Source: a virus
Taxonomy: Duplodnaviria; Caudoviricetes
IMG/VR virus record: IMGVR_UViG_3300046776_000001
Span: 939-64,938 of that record
Length of the DNA: 64,000 nucleotides
Strand: one strand, 5' to 3'
Below are positions 1 to 8,674 of the stretch, piece by piece; the stretch's first letter is position 1, and every line of letters starts with the position of its first letter. The notes under the pieces were generated by a model. That model was not told where the DNA came from. It saw only the letters and a program-made list of their open reading frames with translations, and made no database searches. The translations under genes and the position numbers were made by a program.

Positions 1-9
1 TTTAAGATT

Positions 10-129
10 AAGTGAGTGCGTTACCGCTTTTTGTTGATACAAAGATACGGGTACTTTGTATTATTGTGGTAACTTTTATTGAATTATTTTCAAAAAAAAG
101 TGTTAAAGTTTTTTCAATTATTTCTGAAA
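10..129 (-). promoter_or_regulatory. Early promoter cassette: TATCTTTG (-7) at 40-47, TTTCA-N8-TGAAA at 112-129, leader hairpin plus CACTCACTT
   Basis: Bacteroidota -7 consensus TAnnTTTG on the minus strand; the cassette recurs about 7 times in the window. Confidence 0.8.
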
Positions 130-186
130 GATTTACAACTTAGTTGTGAGTGAATTTTGCCCGCTTTTACACGGGCGTTTTATTGT

Positions 187-402
187 TTAGTTTATTTCAA
201 ATCCATCTTTTATAAACCCGTCCCCAGAAATAACAAACTGTTTGCCGTCTTTCATTATTTTGGTATCGTATGTATCTTGCAAAACCTTTCCAAAATAGTT
301 TACTGTGATATTTACCATCTGAAAGGCAACTATACCCTTTTTCAATAGTTGCTTATCTGTGTTTTCAACTCTTTGTAACTTTTTGATAATTAAATTTTGC
401 AT
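187..402 (-). CDS. hypothetical phage protein
   Basis: 71-aa ORF directly behind a conserved hairpin/CACTCACTT leader. Confidence 0.7.
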   Translation of the reverse strand: MQNLIIKKLQRVENTDKQLLKKGIVAFQMVNITVNYFGKVLQDTYDTKIMKDGKQFVISGDGFIKDGFEIN

Positions 403-466
403 GATATTTATTTTTAAGTGAGTGAAATTTGCCCGCTTTTAGGCGGGCGTTTTGTGGGATATTGGC

Positions 467-673
467 TTAATTATATCTTTTAGATAGCCAATTTTCAAAA
501 CCAATTTTTTGGTCTTTTGCATCTAAATTGTTAAATTCTACAAATCTATTAGATACCCACTCATACAAAGTTTGCATTTCAGAAAAAGGCAAGCCGGTAG
601 ATTGCATTAGCCTATTAATAAAAACGTCGTAACAGTTTTTTAATGCTTGTGTAATTTCAATTGCAGTATTCAT
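467..673 (-). CDS. hypothetical phage protein
   Basis: 68-aa ORF behind the promoter cassette at 686-839. Confidence 0.7.
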   Translation of the reverse strand: MNTAIEITQALKNCYDVFINRLMQSTGLPFSEMQTLYEWVSNRFVEFNNLDAKDQKIGFENWLSKRYN

Positions 674-685
674 AATATTTTATTT

Positions 686-839
686 AAGTGAGTGAGTAAT
701 TAGTACGCTGTGCGTTTTTGATGATACAAAGATACGGTACTTAGTTATTAAAGTGGTAACAAAAAAGCAATTATTTTTCAAAAAATTACATTTTTATTTT
801 TCAATAACTTCTGAAAATAGACAAACGATTGATAATCAA
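686..839 (-). promoter_or_regulatory. Early promoter cassette (TATCTTTG 727-734; operator 799-816; TTGATAATCAA 829-839)
   Basis: Near-identical to the cassette at 2843-2990. Confidence 0.8.
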
Positions 840-840
840 T

Positions 841-871
841 AAAAAAGCCGCCCGATTTACAACGGAACGGC
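841..871 (-). terminator. Intrinsic terminator
   Basis: Minus strand GCCGTTCCG-TTGTAAAT-CGGGCGGC followed by a T-run; similar hairpin at 62443-62469. Confidence 0.65.
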
Positions 872-892
872 CAAAATTAAAAATAATCTCAC

Positions 893-1039
893 TTAATAAA
901 AATATAAAAATAAAATACAAAAACTCCAACCAAGTAAAGAGTGCATCTTAAAAATTGCATAAATTAGCATCCAAAAACAGGCACTAAAAATAAACGCATA
1001 CTTGCAACCCTTATTAAAACTTCCATTCTGCTCACTCAT
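893..1039 (-). CDS. small 2-TM membrane protein (48 aa, MSEQNGSF...; below track cutoff)
   Basis: ATG overlaps the upstream stop (TAATG); strongly hydrophobic. Confidence 0.55.
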   Translation of the reverse strand: MSEQNGSFNKGCKYAFIFSACFWMLIYAIFKMHSLLGWSFCILFLYFY

Positions 1040-1368
1040 TACGGCAATTTTTTAATGTACCTAATGAGTACATAACCCAGGACTAACGCGCCGCTGGTAC
1101 TAAACAGCGCAAACCGAATGCCCATAAAAGGAAATAACGATACAAGCAACCCGACCGCGCCGCAAATAACAAACGGGTAATCCATAATGCACAAATATAA
1201 AACAGATTTATTACCGTACCGCTTCTTTACCCAATCTGTTGCAAACCATAACGGGTATGTTATATCCCGCATCAATAACCATAATGCAGTACCGATACCC
1301 GCGCCGGATATGGCTGCCATTATCTGCATATAAAATATTAGGGTTAAATCCGTTGCTTGTTCGCTCAT
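1039..1368 (-). CDS. hypothetical membrane protein (about 3 TM)
   Basis: 109-aa hydrophobic ORF directly behind the promoter at 1385-1416. Confidence 0.7.
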   Translation of the reverse strand: MSEQATDLTLIFYMQIMAAISGAGIGTALWLLMRDITYPLWFATDWVKKRYGNKSVLYLCIMDYPFVICGAVGLLVSLFPFMGIRFALFSTSGALVLGYVLIRYIKKLP

Positions 1369-1379
1369 AGGCTATTTTT

Positions 1380-1416
1380 TTGCGCAAAGATATACGATAT
1401 TTTTTTATTTGCGCAA
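1380..1416 (-). promoter_or_regulatory. Promoter with TTGCGCAA palindrome at -33
   Basis: TTG-N21-TATCTTTG; TTGCGCAA at 1409-1416 and 1380-1387. Confidence 0.65.
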
Positions 1417-1425
1417 TGTTTTTAT

Positions 1426-1662
1426 TTACCGCCAAACATCTCCATTGACGTATGATTTTTGATATTCATCATCTAACCTTTGCTTAAATTCGCTCACCAG
1501 GTTTTCAACAGACTCTTTGCTTACTGGCTCAATTGCATGGAATTCAAGTCTTGCTCCTTTGTGCATTCCAGCGCGGAAAGCAATTTCTATTTGCTGTTTT
1601 ATGTAATCAGCAGAATACCATGTTTCGTATTCGCCGTTTCGTTCTATTATTAATGTATCCAT
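1426..1662 (-). CDS. hypothetical phage protein
   Basis: 78-aa ORF in a packed minus-strand array. Confidence 0.65.
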   Translation of the reverse strand: MDTLIIERNGEYETWYSADYIKQQIEIAFRAGMHKGARLEFHAIEPVSKESVENLVSEFKQRLDDEYQKSYVNGDVWR

Positions 1663-1685
1663 TTCATTGTGTTTGTAATTTATTT

Positions 1686-1988
1686 TTAAAAAGGTATTTC
1701 AGGATTATCATTATCCCTGTTAGCACGCAAGCAATTACCAAACCTTGCAGCGTAAAAACTTGGCTGATCGTAGCCGCGACTTGTAAGCACATTAAAATGC
1801 CACACCCCTCCATAATTAAGCATTTTTTGGCCTTTTCTGCACTCCATTAAAGTCCGATACATTCCCTGAGGGTATCTTGAGTGAGTATTAAAAGACCTGT
1901 AATTTATTAGCAGGTTTACTAACTTGATTTCTCGGTGGTCTTGATTTTTGTGCGCTCTAACAAACGCCTTGTATTGTTCTTTTGTCAT
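1686..1988 (-). CDS. hypothetical phage protein
   Basis: 100-aa ORF, ATGA-coupled to the upstream gene. Confidence 0.7.
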   Translation of the reverse strand: MTKEQYKAFVRAHKNQDHREIKLVNLLINYRSFNTHSRYPQGMYRTLMECRKGQKMLNYGGVWHFNVLTSRGYDQPSFYAARFGNCLRANRDNDNPEIPF

Positions 1989-2233
1989 AGAATTTTTATT
2001 AAATCGTTAGGGTTAAAATTCTCGTCAAATAAACTTACGCTTTTATACTTTGCTAAAATCTCACCACTGTGCGACATTCCTCGAAACGTAGAAACAATAA
2101 TTATTTCGGTATCTGTAAAATCTATCGAAGTCCTGAAACCGCCTCCGCATGGAAAGTTTTTAGACACAAAACTATCTAACGCCCTAAAATTTGCGTCATG
2201 CGTTTTTATTCGTTTTTTTTCTTTGTCCGTCAT
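1985..2233 (-). CDS. hypothetical phage protein (likely start MTDKEKK)
   Basis: ATG at 2233 overlaps the stop of 2230-2514. Confidence 0.65.
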   Translation of the reverse strand: MTDKEKKRIKTHDANFRALDSFVSKNFPCGGGFRTSIDFTDTEIIIVSTFRGMSHSGEILAKYKSVSLFDENFNPNDLIKIL

Positions 2234-2514
2234 GCTTTTATGTATTTTGCAAGAAAAGTAGTAACGGTTAAATCGTACTCGCAAAGTACCCCGTTAAAAA
2301 GTGCTTCGTGCTTAATAACGTACTTTTCTAGCCGCTCAAGTTCTGCCAGATTTTTTTGGTTTAATACTTCATATTCGTTTGCCTCCCAAACGTCCATTTC
2401 TTTGTAGTGTGGCAAAATTTCGGTGTTAAAATAATTTACCGCTGCTTTTGCTTTTAGTATTTGGCCAATCGCGCTATCTTGGTGCTGTGGCTTCAATTTT
2501 AAAGTATTTTGCAT
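2230..2514 (-). CDS. hypothetical phage protein
   Basis: 94-aa ORF behind a hairpin leader at 2530-2560. Confidence 0.7.
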   Translation of the reverse strand: MQNTLKLKPQHQDSAIGQILKAKAAVNYFNTEILPHYKEMDVWEANEYEVLNQKNLAELERLEKYVIKHEALFNGVLCEYDLTVTTFLAKYIKA

Positions 2515-2578
2515 TGTTTTATATTTTATTGAGTGAAATTTGCCCGTTTTTAGGCGGGCGTTTTGGTGGTTATTATTT

Positions 2579-2830
2579 TTAAGCCATTAGGCTCGATTGG
2601 GCGCAAAGTATCGCTATTTGCATAGATGGCGATTTATATGCCTTTTCTACGTCCGCCCAAGTCTTAAATTCTTTGCCTAATCCCTTGAATGGGTTATTAG
2701 TCTCCTTTCTTACTGATATATAATTTAATTTGCCATTAACCTGCAAAAAAGAAAACAAATTGCCGCCCGCCTTTACGGTAATGCTCTTATATTCTGAACC
2801 GTTTTGAATTGTGGTATTTACGTTTGACAT
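2579..2830 (-). CDS. hypothetical phage protein
   Basis: 83-aa ORF behind the promoter cassette at 2843-2990. Confidence 0.75.
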   Translation of the reverse strand: MSNVNTTIQNGSEYKSITVKAGGNLFSFLQVNGKLNYISVRKETNNPFKGLGKEFKTWADVEKAYKSPSMQIAILCAQSSLMA

Positions 2831-2842
2831 AATATTTTATTT

Positions 2843-2990
2843 AAGTGAGTGAGTAATTAGTACGCTGTGCGTTTTTGATAGGTCAAAGATACGCCCACTT
2901 CGCATTAAAGTGGTAACATTTAATAAACTTTTTTTCATTTTTATTTTTCAAAAACAATTGAAAGTTTATAACGCGCTAATAATCAATTAC
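2843..2990 (-). promoter_or_regulatory. Early promoter cassette (TATCTTTG 2884-2891; operator 2946-2963)
   Basis: Repeated cassette. Confidence 0.8.
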
Positions 2991-2993
2991 TTA

Positions 2994-3395
2994 CTAAACA
3001 AAATACCTAATACCGCCACGCCTTTTATTTTCCTGCCTTTTGATTAAACCCGCCTTAAAGGCACGGTACAAAATATTTCGTACCTTTTCGGGTGTACTGG
3101 CTATGCTGTCGGCTATCTCATTTGAGTACTCGAACCCGTTTTGCACCTGCTCAATAACTTGCATCATTTTGTCGGTCGGTTTTATTTGTCGTTTGCGCGG
3201 CGCGTATTTGCCCGTAACAAATATATGCCCGTGCGCTATCGTTGCAATGCCCATTTTTTCAGCGCGTTTAATGTCACGTTTTGTGATGTGGTGCGCTTTG
3301 GTGTAAGTTTGTAGCGGTACTGGCTCGCTTGTTAGGGCAAACTTACTGAGTGTTTCTTTTTGTGCTTCGTTCATATTATTTCCGTTCATGTCCAA
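2994..3395 (-). CDS. putative winged-helix DNA-binding protein
   Basis: C-terminal SNEIADSIASTPEKVRNILYRAFKAGLIKRQE...GGIRY resembles a wHTH. Confidence 0.5.
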   Translation of the reverse strand: MDMNGNNMNEAQKETLSKFALTSEPVPLQTYTKAHHITKRDIKRAEKMGIATIAHGHIFVTGKYAPRKRQIKPTDKMMQVIEQVQNGFEYSNEIADSIASTPEKVRNILYRAFKAGLIKRQENKRRGGIRYFV

Positions 3396-3930
3396 AATTA
3401 TAGTTACTCCCTACTGATAAAAATTCTCGCTCTTTTTTCAATTGAGACACACGCATCATTATTGCCCTTTGTATTCCGTCAAGTGCTTTCAATTGAGCCG
3501 CTACGACTTCATGGTGAGCCTGTGCAATTGCTTCAATCTGCATCATTTCCGCGCTTGCAATCTTTGCCTTTGCGTTAGCATCTGTAAAATTATCCCCACT
3601 GCTGCGTAATTTCATTTTTTCAACTGCATAACCAACCTCGCTATTAGTTTGCGCAACTCGCTTTTCTTGCGAAGCAAGACCTAATTCGTTTGTATATAAA
3701 AAGCAATAATAGGCCATTCCGTCTAATGCCTTTTGCAGCGTGTCCAAATCTTGGAAATCGGACGGTATTGAATTGTACCAGTCTGCAATTTTTGACGCTT
3801 CACTTATTGCACTGCCAACAGCGTAAATATTTACAATGTGCTGGCCGTCGGGTAGTGCCTCTACCAAATTGCGAATTACTGGCCTTGTTGCCTCTGTAAT
3901 TTGTCCGCGCTTTGTTTCTATTGTTATCAC
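3376..3930 (-). CDS. hypothetical helical protein (possibly UvsY-like)
   Basis: Long amphipathic helical C-terminal half; family call weak. Confidence 0.55.
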   Translation of the reverse strand: MITIETKRGQITEATRPVIRNLVEALPDGQHIVNIYAVGSAISEASKIADWYNSIPSDFQDLDTLQKALDGMAYYCFLYTNELGLASQEKRVAQTNSEVGYAVEKMKLRSSGDNFTDANAKAKIASAEMMQIEAIAQAHHEVVAAQLKALDGIQRAIMMRVSQLKKEREFLSVGSNYNFGHERK

Positions 3931-3987
3931 AATTTATATTTCACTTGATTTGCCGCCACCTAATCTAAATTAAGCGGCGGCAATGAT

Positions 3988-4191
3988 TTACACCCCTTTT
4001 TCTAGTAATTGCAAGCGCATATCTAGTATGTGCGTGTACTGCTGCATTGCAAGTACTTGCATAGAAAGTAAAAATTGATGATCCGTTGAAACCGAATCAA
4101 TACGATCCGAATTTTGGAACGCTTTCAATTTTTCAATCTTTTCATCTAATTGCGCCTTTTCCTCAATGACGCGTGTTTTAAAATCTGACAT
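3988..4191 (-). CDS. crAss001_48-related / Y16Q-like helical hairpin protein
   Basis: RVIEEKAQLDEKIEKLKAF...LL..Q..AM..Y..IL..R pattern, recognised from memory. Confidence 0.65.
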   Translation of the reverse strand: MSDFKTRVIEEKAQLDEKIEKLKAFQNSDRIDSVSTDHQFLLSMQVLAMQQYTHILDMRLQLLEKGV

Positions 4192-4325
4192 AAGTATGTG
4201 TGTTTGCGCGGTTTTAGCCGCTGCTTAAAAGTTATTCAAAAATTGCGTTAACGCCCAAAAGCGCAACAAATAAAAAAATTATTACCCATGCGGTTAACTC
4301 CCATGTTGTTGCTTTTAAATTTTCC

Positions 4326-4736
4326 TTATTCATATTTTTGTTGAATTATTTTGTTGTTTAGGTAGTCTTCTAAATATTGCAACCCGGTATGCACGTCCCA
4401 GCAAAAAACAGCGGCGTAACCCCTCATTTTCAGTTCATGCAATGCTTTATTTTGCGCCTCTACGTGTTCATTTTTTAGTAGTTCGGTGCTGTTTTTTTTG
4501 TAGGGGCTTTTTGATTTCCACTCGATCAACAATGCCCCGTAAATTTCGGACATTGCAAATATTGCCATATCCGGCTGCTTTAAATTGCTGCTCAGTTTAT
4601 TTGCCCTTTGTTGCTGCTGCATTGTTTTACCGATATGTGCCGCCGTATCTGAAAATACAATAACACTACCCTTGTATTTCATCTGCACCGCGCAAACAAA
4701 AGCGGCTTGCATTTTATATTCGTCCTGTTTTTTCAT
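4326..4736 (-). CDS. VRR-NUC / PD-(D/E)xK nuclease (resolvase-like)
   Basis: PD..I...YGALLIEWK and Q...L..L..RGY.A..C motifs. Confidence 0.7.
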   Translation of the reverse strand: MKKQDEYKMQAAFVCAVQMKYKGSVIVFSDTAAHIGKTMQQQQRANKLSSNLKQPDMAIFAMSEIYGALLIEWKSKSPYKKNSTELLKNEHVEAQNKALHELKMRGYAAVFCWDVHTGLQYLEDYLNNKIIQQKYE

Positions 4737-4977
4737 CTTTTTTGCTTAGTTTTAAATAATTATCGCAAATTTCAACGGCTCTATGATTTTCTTTGCCGTA
4801 AAAATACGCCCGCAATTTACGCACATAAAACAATCCTTTTGCAAGTTCGACACGTGGTCGGTATTGCTTACTGTTTAGGCTAAAATAGTACTCATTATCT
4901 TTGCCAAATGTGGCCTCGATTAAATGCAGTACGCTTTTTGTTGCCTCGCGTATTTCATTGGGTAGATTGTCAATCAT
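4714..4977 (-). CDS. hypothetical phage protein
   Basis: 87-aa ORF, coupled to neighbours. Confidence 0.65.
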   Translation of the reverse strand: MIDNLPNEIREATKSVLHLIEATFGKDNEYYFSLNSKQYRPRVELAKGLFYVRKLRAYFYGKENHRAVEICDNYLKLSKKDEKTGRI

Positions 4978-5333
4978 TCCGCAATAATTGAAACGTTATC
5001 ATAAAAACGGATTTGAAGCAAATTGCACAATGCTGCATCAAAAAAGCCGCCGCCCGCCCGGTCGTATCTGTACGAAAAATCAAGTACAATATAATTTTCG
5101 CCTTCTTCGCGCACATTTGCAAAATAGTTATTTGACATTGGATATAAATTAAAGCGGTCTAGCGTCGAACCATCTTTTTCTCTGCACCAATACCGACCAA
5201 AACGCTCCGGCTCTTCAATTTCCCTTTTGTCGGGAATGTACCCGCCCATTGCTGCCACTGCTGCAAGGTTTAAGACGGCGGTTAAATAATGCTCGAAAAG
5301 TTCTTGACTTTTGCCCGTAATTTTAATCTTCAT
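4974..5333 (-). CDS. hypothetical phage protein
   Basis: 119-aa ORF. Confidence 0.7.
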   Translation of the reverse strand: MKIKITGKSQELFEHYLTAVLNLAAVAAMGGYIPDKREIEEPERFGRYWCREKDGSTLDRFNLYPMSNNYFANVREEGENYIVLDFSYRYDRAGGGFFDAALCNLLQIRFYDNVSIIAE

Positions 5334-5435
5334 ATTTGCTATTTCTGTTTAAAAATGTGAGTAGTGCAATTGTGAAAACCGCACCTAGGCAAAAACATAG
5401 CATTCCGATTAATACCGTTCCGCCGCCGTTTGCTG

Positions 5436-5669
5436 TTATTTCTTGCATATTGTTTGTTCGCGTATTTTATTGATAAGAACTTCTAACTCGTTTGCTTTTA
5501 GGTTGGATTCTGTTAATCCGTCCTTAAATGTTTGTTGCTGTTTTGGAAAATTAACAAGCCTGTTAATCTCTCCTTGCATGTCGGATATGTCTTCTTTTAT
5601 ATCTTCGTGCTTTTCAGTAAGTAGATTTAAAAGCCAAATGCATTCCGATCTGGTTAGATCTATTTTCAT
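5436..5669 (-). CDS. hypothetical coiled-coil protein
   Basis: 77-aa ORF, ATGA-coupled. Confidence 0.65.
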   Translation of the reverse strand: MKIDLTRSECIWLLNLLTEKHEDIKEDISDMQGEINRLVNFPKQQQTFKDGLTESNLKANELEVLINKIREQTICKK

Positions 5670-6364
5670 GTTGTTTTATATTTTTCTAATAAATTTTTGC
5701 CCCATTGGTTCGCTATGGCATTGGCTATGCCTGGAAAGGTTTTGCTTCTTGTTTCCTTCCAGTCTTTTGCCGCTTTTGCGCCCCCAAAGCCTTTGGCCTG
5801 TGCAAACCAAAGAGGCTGTCTTTTTTGTTTCCCCTCTTTACTTACCCATTCGAACATTTCCCCTTTGCCAACATGGCTAACATTGCTATCAAAAAGATTA
5901 GCAGTTTTGTTGTGGTACAACGGGTCTAATCCTTTTAACCACAAACACGTTGTTTTTTGGAACTCATCACCAAAAAAATACGGCTGTATAATTTGCGGCT
6001 TTGGTAGCCTATTATTACCGTTCATTGCGCCCATTGGGTTTTCCATATAAACGTGATCGCAGATGCTGCAAACATACTCCCATAACTGTATTGTCCACTC
6101 CGTTGCCTCAATGCGTTCCTGGTGCTTTGGCTTTCCTTTTGCGTATGTGCGATTTCCAGATAAAGTCATTTTTGTACAGACTGGGTGCAATCCGATAAAG
6201 TCCCACTTTTTAAGCCGTAACGCCTGGAATATATCCATTTTTAAATGCCACTCAGGATGCCCTCCCGAACAATCTTTTAAGTCGCAACTAAAAGCATTTA
6301 TTCCTAATGCTCTTAATTCGATGGTTACGGTTTGGCTTTCCTCAAAGCCTATTAAAAAGTTCAT
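5666..6364 (-). CDS. phage DNA cytosine methyltransferase-like protein
   Basis: LIGFEESQ SAM-binding region, SCDL, HPVCT (catalytic PC-like), ENP, KTTCLW and RSKTFPGIA motifs. Confidence 0.75.
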   Translation of the reverse strand: MNFLIGFEESQTVTIELRALGINAFSCDLKDCSGGHPEWHLKMDIFQALRLKKWDFIGLHPVCTKMTLSGNRTYAKGKPKHQERIEATEWTIQLWEYVCSICDHVYMENPMGAMNGNNRLPKPQIIQPYFFGDEFQKTTCLWLKGLDPLYHNKTANLFDSNVSHVGKGEMFEWVSKEGKQKRQPLWFAQAKGFGGAKAAKDWKETRSKTFPGIANAIANQWGKNLLEKYKTT

Positions 6365-6365
6365 T

Positions 6366-6881
6366 TTAAAATAGTTTAGCCTGTTTTTTTCGCGTTTCTG
6401 CGTCAGGCGGTGTAAATTTATTTGATTTGTTCGCTTTTTTAGCCTCGTTACAATCGCTAAACATATGCCTAACGTGCTTATTGGGGTTATAAACCTTTTC
6501 GCCTTGCTGTACGCTGTCCGCTGCTATCGGTAGGCTTTTCCCGTCGCTTGTTAGCCAAACTATTTTTGTGCCGCAATGTACGCATGGTTTTGCGTCTGTA
6601 CGTTGCGATTTTGGTAGTTCTGCTTTTGCTGCAATAGTACCCTGTTTTGTGTTGAGCATATCCACCGCCTCGTTAAATGCCTCTTTGTACCCCTTAGAAA
6701 CTTCTTTATATCCTGCTTCGTCTCCAATTTGCCGCGCCACACTCATCGCCTTTAAGATATTCATAAAGGTAATTATTGGCTTTAGTCCGCCCTGCATTAT
6801 TAATTCTTCAATGATACGTGCCTCGGTGGTTGTTACCGCGTCCGTGCCGTTTAGGTTGTGTATTGTAATAACTTTACTCAT
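6366..6881 (-). CDS. hypothetical protein with C-terminal CxxC zinc-ribbon-like motif
   Basis: CVHCGTKIVWL...H..C; likely start MSKVIT. Confidence 0.6.
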   Translation of the reverse strand: MSKVITIHNLNGTDAVTTTEARIIEELIMQGGLKPIITFMNILKAMSVARQIGDEAGYKEVSKGYKEAFNEAVDMLNTKQGTIAAKAELPKSQRTDAKPCVHCGTKIVWLTSDGKSLPIAADSVQQGEKVYNPNKHVRHMFSDCNEAKKANKSNKFTPPDAETRKKQAKLF

Positions 6882-7077
6882 CTTGCTGCTCGTTAAATAG
6901 TTCGGTATTTTCAAGTTCAATTTTCTGCAATTGCTTTTTTATCTTGCTAGCATCCTGCTTTAAAATTGCCTTAAAAAGGCTTTCTAATCCAGCGTCGTGG
7001 AGTTCTATTGCGTTGCTTTGTGGTTGTTTGTTTTCGTCCTGGTCGTCTGCCATTGGTATTGGACTGTCATTTTTCAT
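6874..7077 (-). CDS. hypothetical phage protein
   Basis: 67-aa ORF. Confidence 0.55.
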   Translation of the reverse strand: MKNDSPIPMADDQDENKQPQSNAIELHDAGLESLFKAILKQDASKIKKQLQKIELENTELFNEQQDE

Positions 7078-7081
7078 AATT

Positions 7082-7357
7082 TTATGTTTTAGTTTTTAGT
7101 AAACAACATTTTTTGTACTTTAGTCCGCTTTCGCATTTTGGGCAAATGGCGTTCCTGTTTATTTTTGGCTCTGTGCGCACTGGTATGTCGGTTCCATATC
7201 TTTTTGTTTTTGGCAGATACATTTCAATTGGCGGTGGACTGAACAATGTAAACACATTGCCACTATCTGCTTCATTATTTATCAATGTCATTGCATGTTG
7301 CCTTCCACCTATTACCCCAATTTTACTATCGTTTGTTATGTCCATGGCTAAATCCAT
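7082..7357 (-). CDS. SEC-C motif protein
   Basis: C-terminal KINRNAICPKCESGLKYKKCC. Confidence 0.75.
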   Translation of the reverse strand: MDLAMDITNDSKIGVIGGRQHAMTLINNEADSGNVFTLFSPPPIEMYLPKTKRYGTDIPVRTEPKINRNAICPKCESGLKYKKCCLLKTKT

Positions 7358-7716
7358 TTGTTTTCGCCCTTTATTTGGCGAAGTTTGTTATATAATGTTT
7401 TGCCCTTCATGTAGTCTGTAAGTGCGTCCAACTTTTCAACAACGACCTTATAACTGTCATTGTGGTATATCGCAATTACCATATCATTGGTTTTTGCTTG
7501 CAATATGGTTACCTCGTTTACAAGGGCTTTTTTATTGTTTTTGCCGAACGATACACGTGTTGTGACGTGTACCCCGTCTATAAACGAATCAAAACCCTCA
7601 ATTAAAAGGTTGGTAAGGTATTCGTTTATTTTTTGCGGGTTTACTTTTGGAATTTCGTGTTGGTCAATGGTGAAAAGGTTTGAGTACTTTTTTTGCGTTT
7701 GTGTTTGCTGCTGCAT
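7348..7716 (-). CDS. hypothetical phage protein
   Basis: 122-aa ORF. Confidence 0.7.
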   Translation of the reverse strand: MQQQTQTQKKYSNLFTIDQHEIPKVNPQKINEYLTNLLIEGFDSFIDGVHVTTRVSFGKNNKKALVNEVTILQAKTNDMVIAIYHNDSYKVVVEKLDALTDYMKGKTLYNKLRQIKGENKWI

Positions 7717-7727
7717 ATTTATTTTTT

Positions 7728-8030
7728 TTAGTGTGAATTACCTGCTTGTTCAAAAAAATAAACAATACCTTCTATGTCCTGCCTAATGTTTTGGGGCAAC
7801 AAAAAAGACCCGTTTTTTATTTTGTGTTCAATGTCTATTTTTTTAATATCTTGTATTGTTTTTAGCATATCAAAACCAATACTTTTCCCAAGTGACAGAT
7901 GTATTTGAGTTGCCCTAGATAGCGGTACGCGATTATAAACAGTTTCAATATCTCCGTTTTCATTAAAGCAAGTAGTTACTATAATTACATTGCCGTCGCC
8001 GTCGGAGCAAGAATCAAAATTTTGCTGCAT
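7728..8030 (-). CDS. hypothetical phage protein
   Basis: 100-aa ORF. Confidence 0.65.
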   Translation of the reverse strand: MQQNFDSCSDGDGNVIIVTTCFNENGDIETVYNRVPLSRATQIHLSLGKSIGFDMLKTIQDIKKIDIEHKIKNGSFLLPQNIRQDIEGIVYFFEQAGNSH

Positions 8031-8046
8031 ATTTTTTTATTGTGCT

Positions 8047-8301
8047 TTAGTCGTGATATAATGGGGTGTATTTAACAATATCTAATGCCTGTTTGTTGGT
8101 TATTAATACGCCTTCTTGCTTACGTAGTTCCGACTCTGTTACATACATTTCAAGTTTTTGCATTATTACTACAAGGTTTTTTGTCTGCTCAACCCGTTCG
8201 CAAAACAGACGCAAGCAATCGCAGGCTGTTTTTGTGCCGTGAAGTCCACCCAAATCATCGATTACTTGCTTTGCGGTTTCTACTAATTCTTTGTTGCTCA
8301 T
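8047..8301 (-). CDS. hypothetical phage protein
   Basis: 84-aa ORF. Confidence 0.6.
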   Translation of the reverse strand: MSNKELVETAKQVIDDLGGLHGTKTACDCLRLFCERVEQTKNLVVIMQKLEMYVTESELRKQEGVLITNKQALDIVKYTPLYHD

Positions 8302-8381
8302 CGTTATTGCTTTTAGTGACTAAATAAGCAACTGCCACTATCTAATATTTACAAATAATAGCAGTTGCCTAAAGTGAAAAA

Positions 8382-8594
8382 TTAATATTGCTCTTTTGCC
8401 GGAACACTATCTACATCGCCATACTGCTCAAGTAGCGGCTCTACCTCCGTTTCAATATCGTAGCCTTTTTCAAGTAACGCAACCGCGTTATTTAATTGCC
8501 CTTCAATGAGCGGAACTATACCAACCCCAACACGTTTGATATTTGATAAATTGTACTTTGCATTTTGTAAAGCCTCTAAAATTGTTACTGCCAT
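8382..8594 (-). CDS. hypothetical phage protein
   Basis: 70-aa ORF. Confidence 0.65.
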   Translation of the reverse strand: MAVTILEALQNAKYNLSNIKRVGVGIVPLIEGQLNNAVALLEKGYDIETEVEPLLEQYGDVDSVPAKEQY

Positions 8595-8674
8595 TTTATT
8601 AAATTTTAAATGTAATTAATTATAAAAAAGTGATTAAATGTTTATTAATATACCGATGTGTTCGCGGCAAAATT

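Noticed and set aside
686-702. TTACTCAC in some leaders as a pairing site for 16S rRNA GUGAGUAA
   Set aside because: Present in only some copies, and that rRNA region is not known to be accessible for mRNA pairing.
1211-1435. 74-aa minus-strand ORF overlapping 1039-1368
   Set aside because: Runs through a promoter and overlaps a better-supported membrane-protein gene in another frame.
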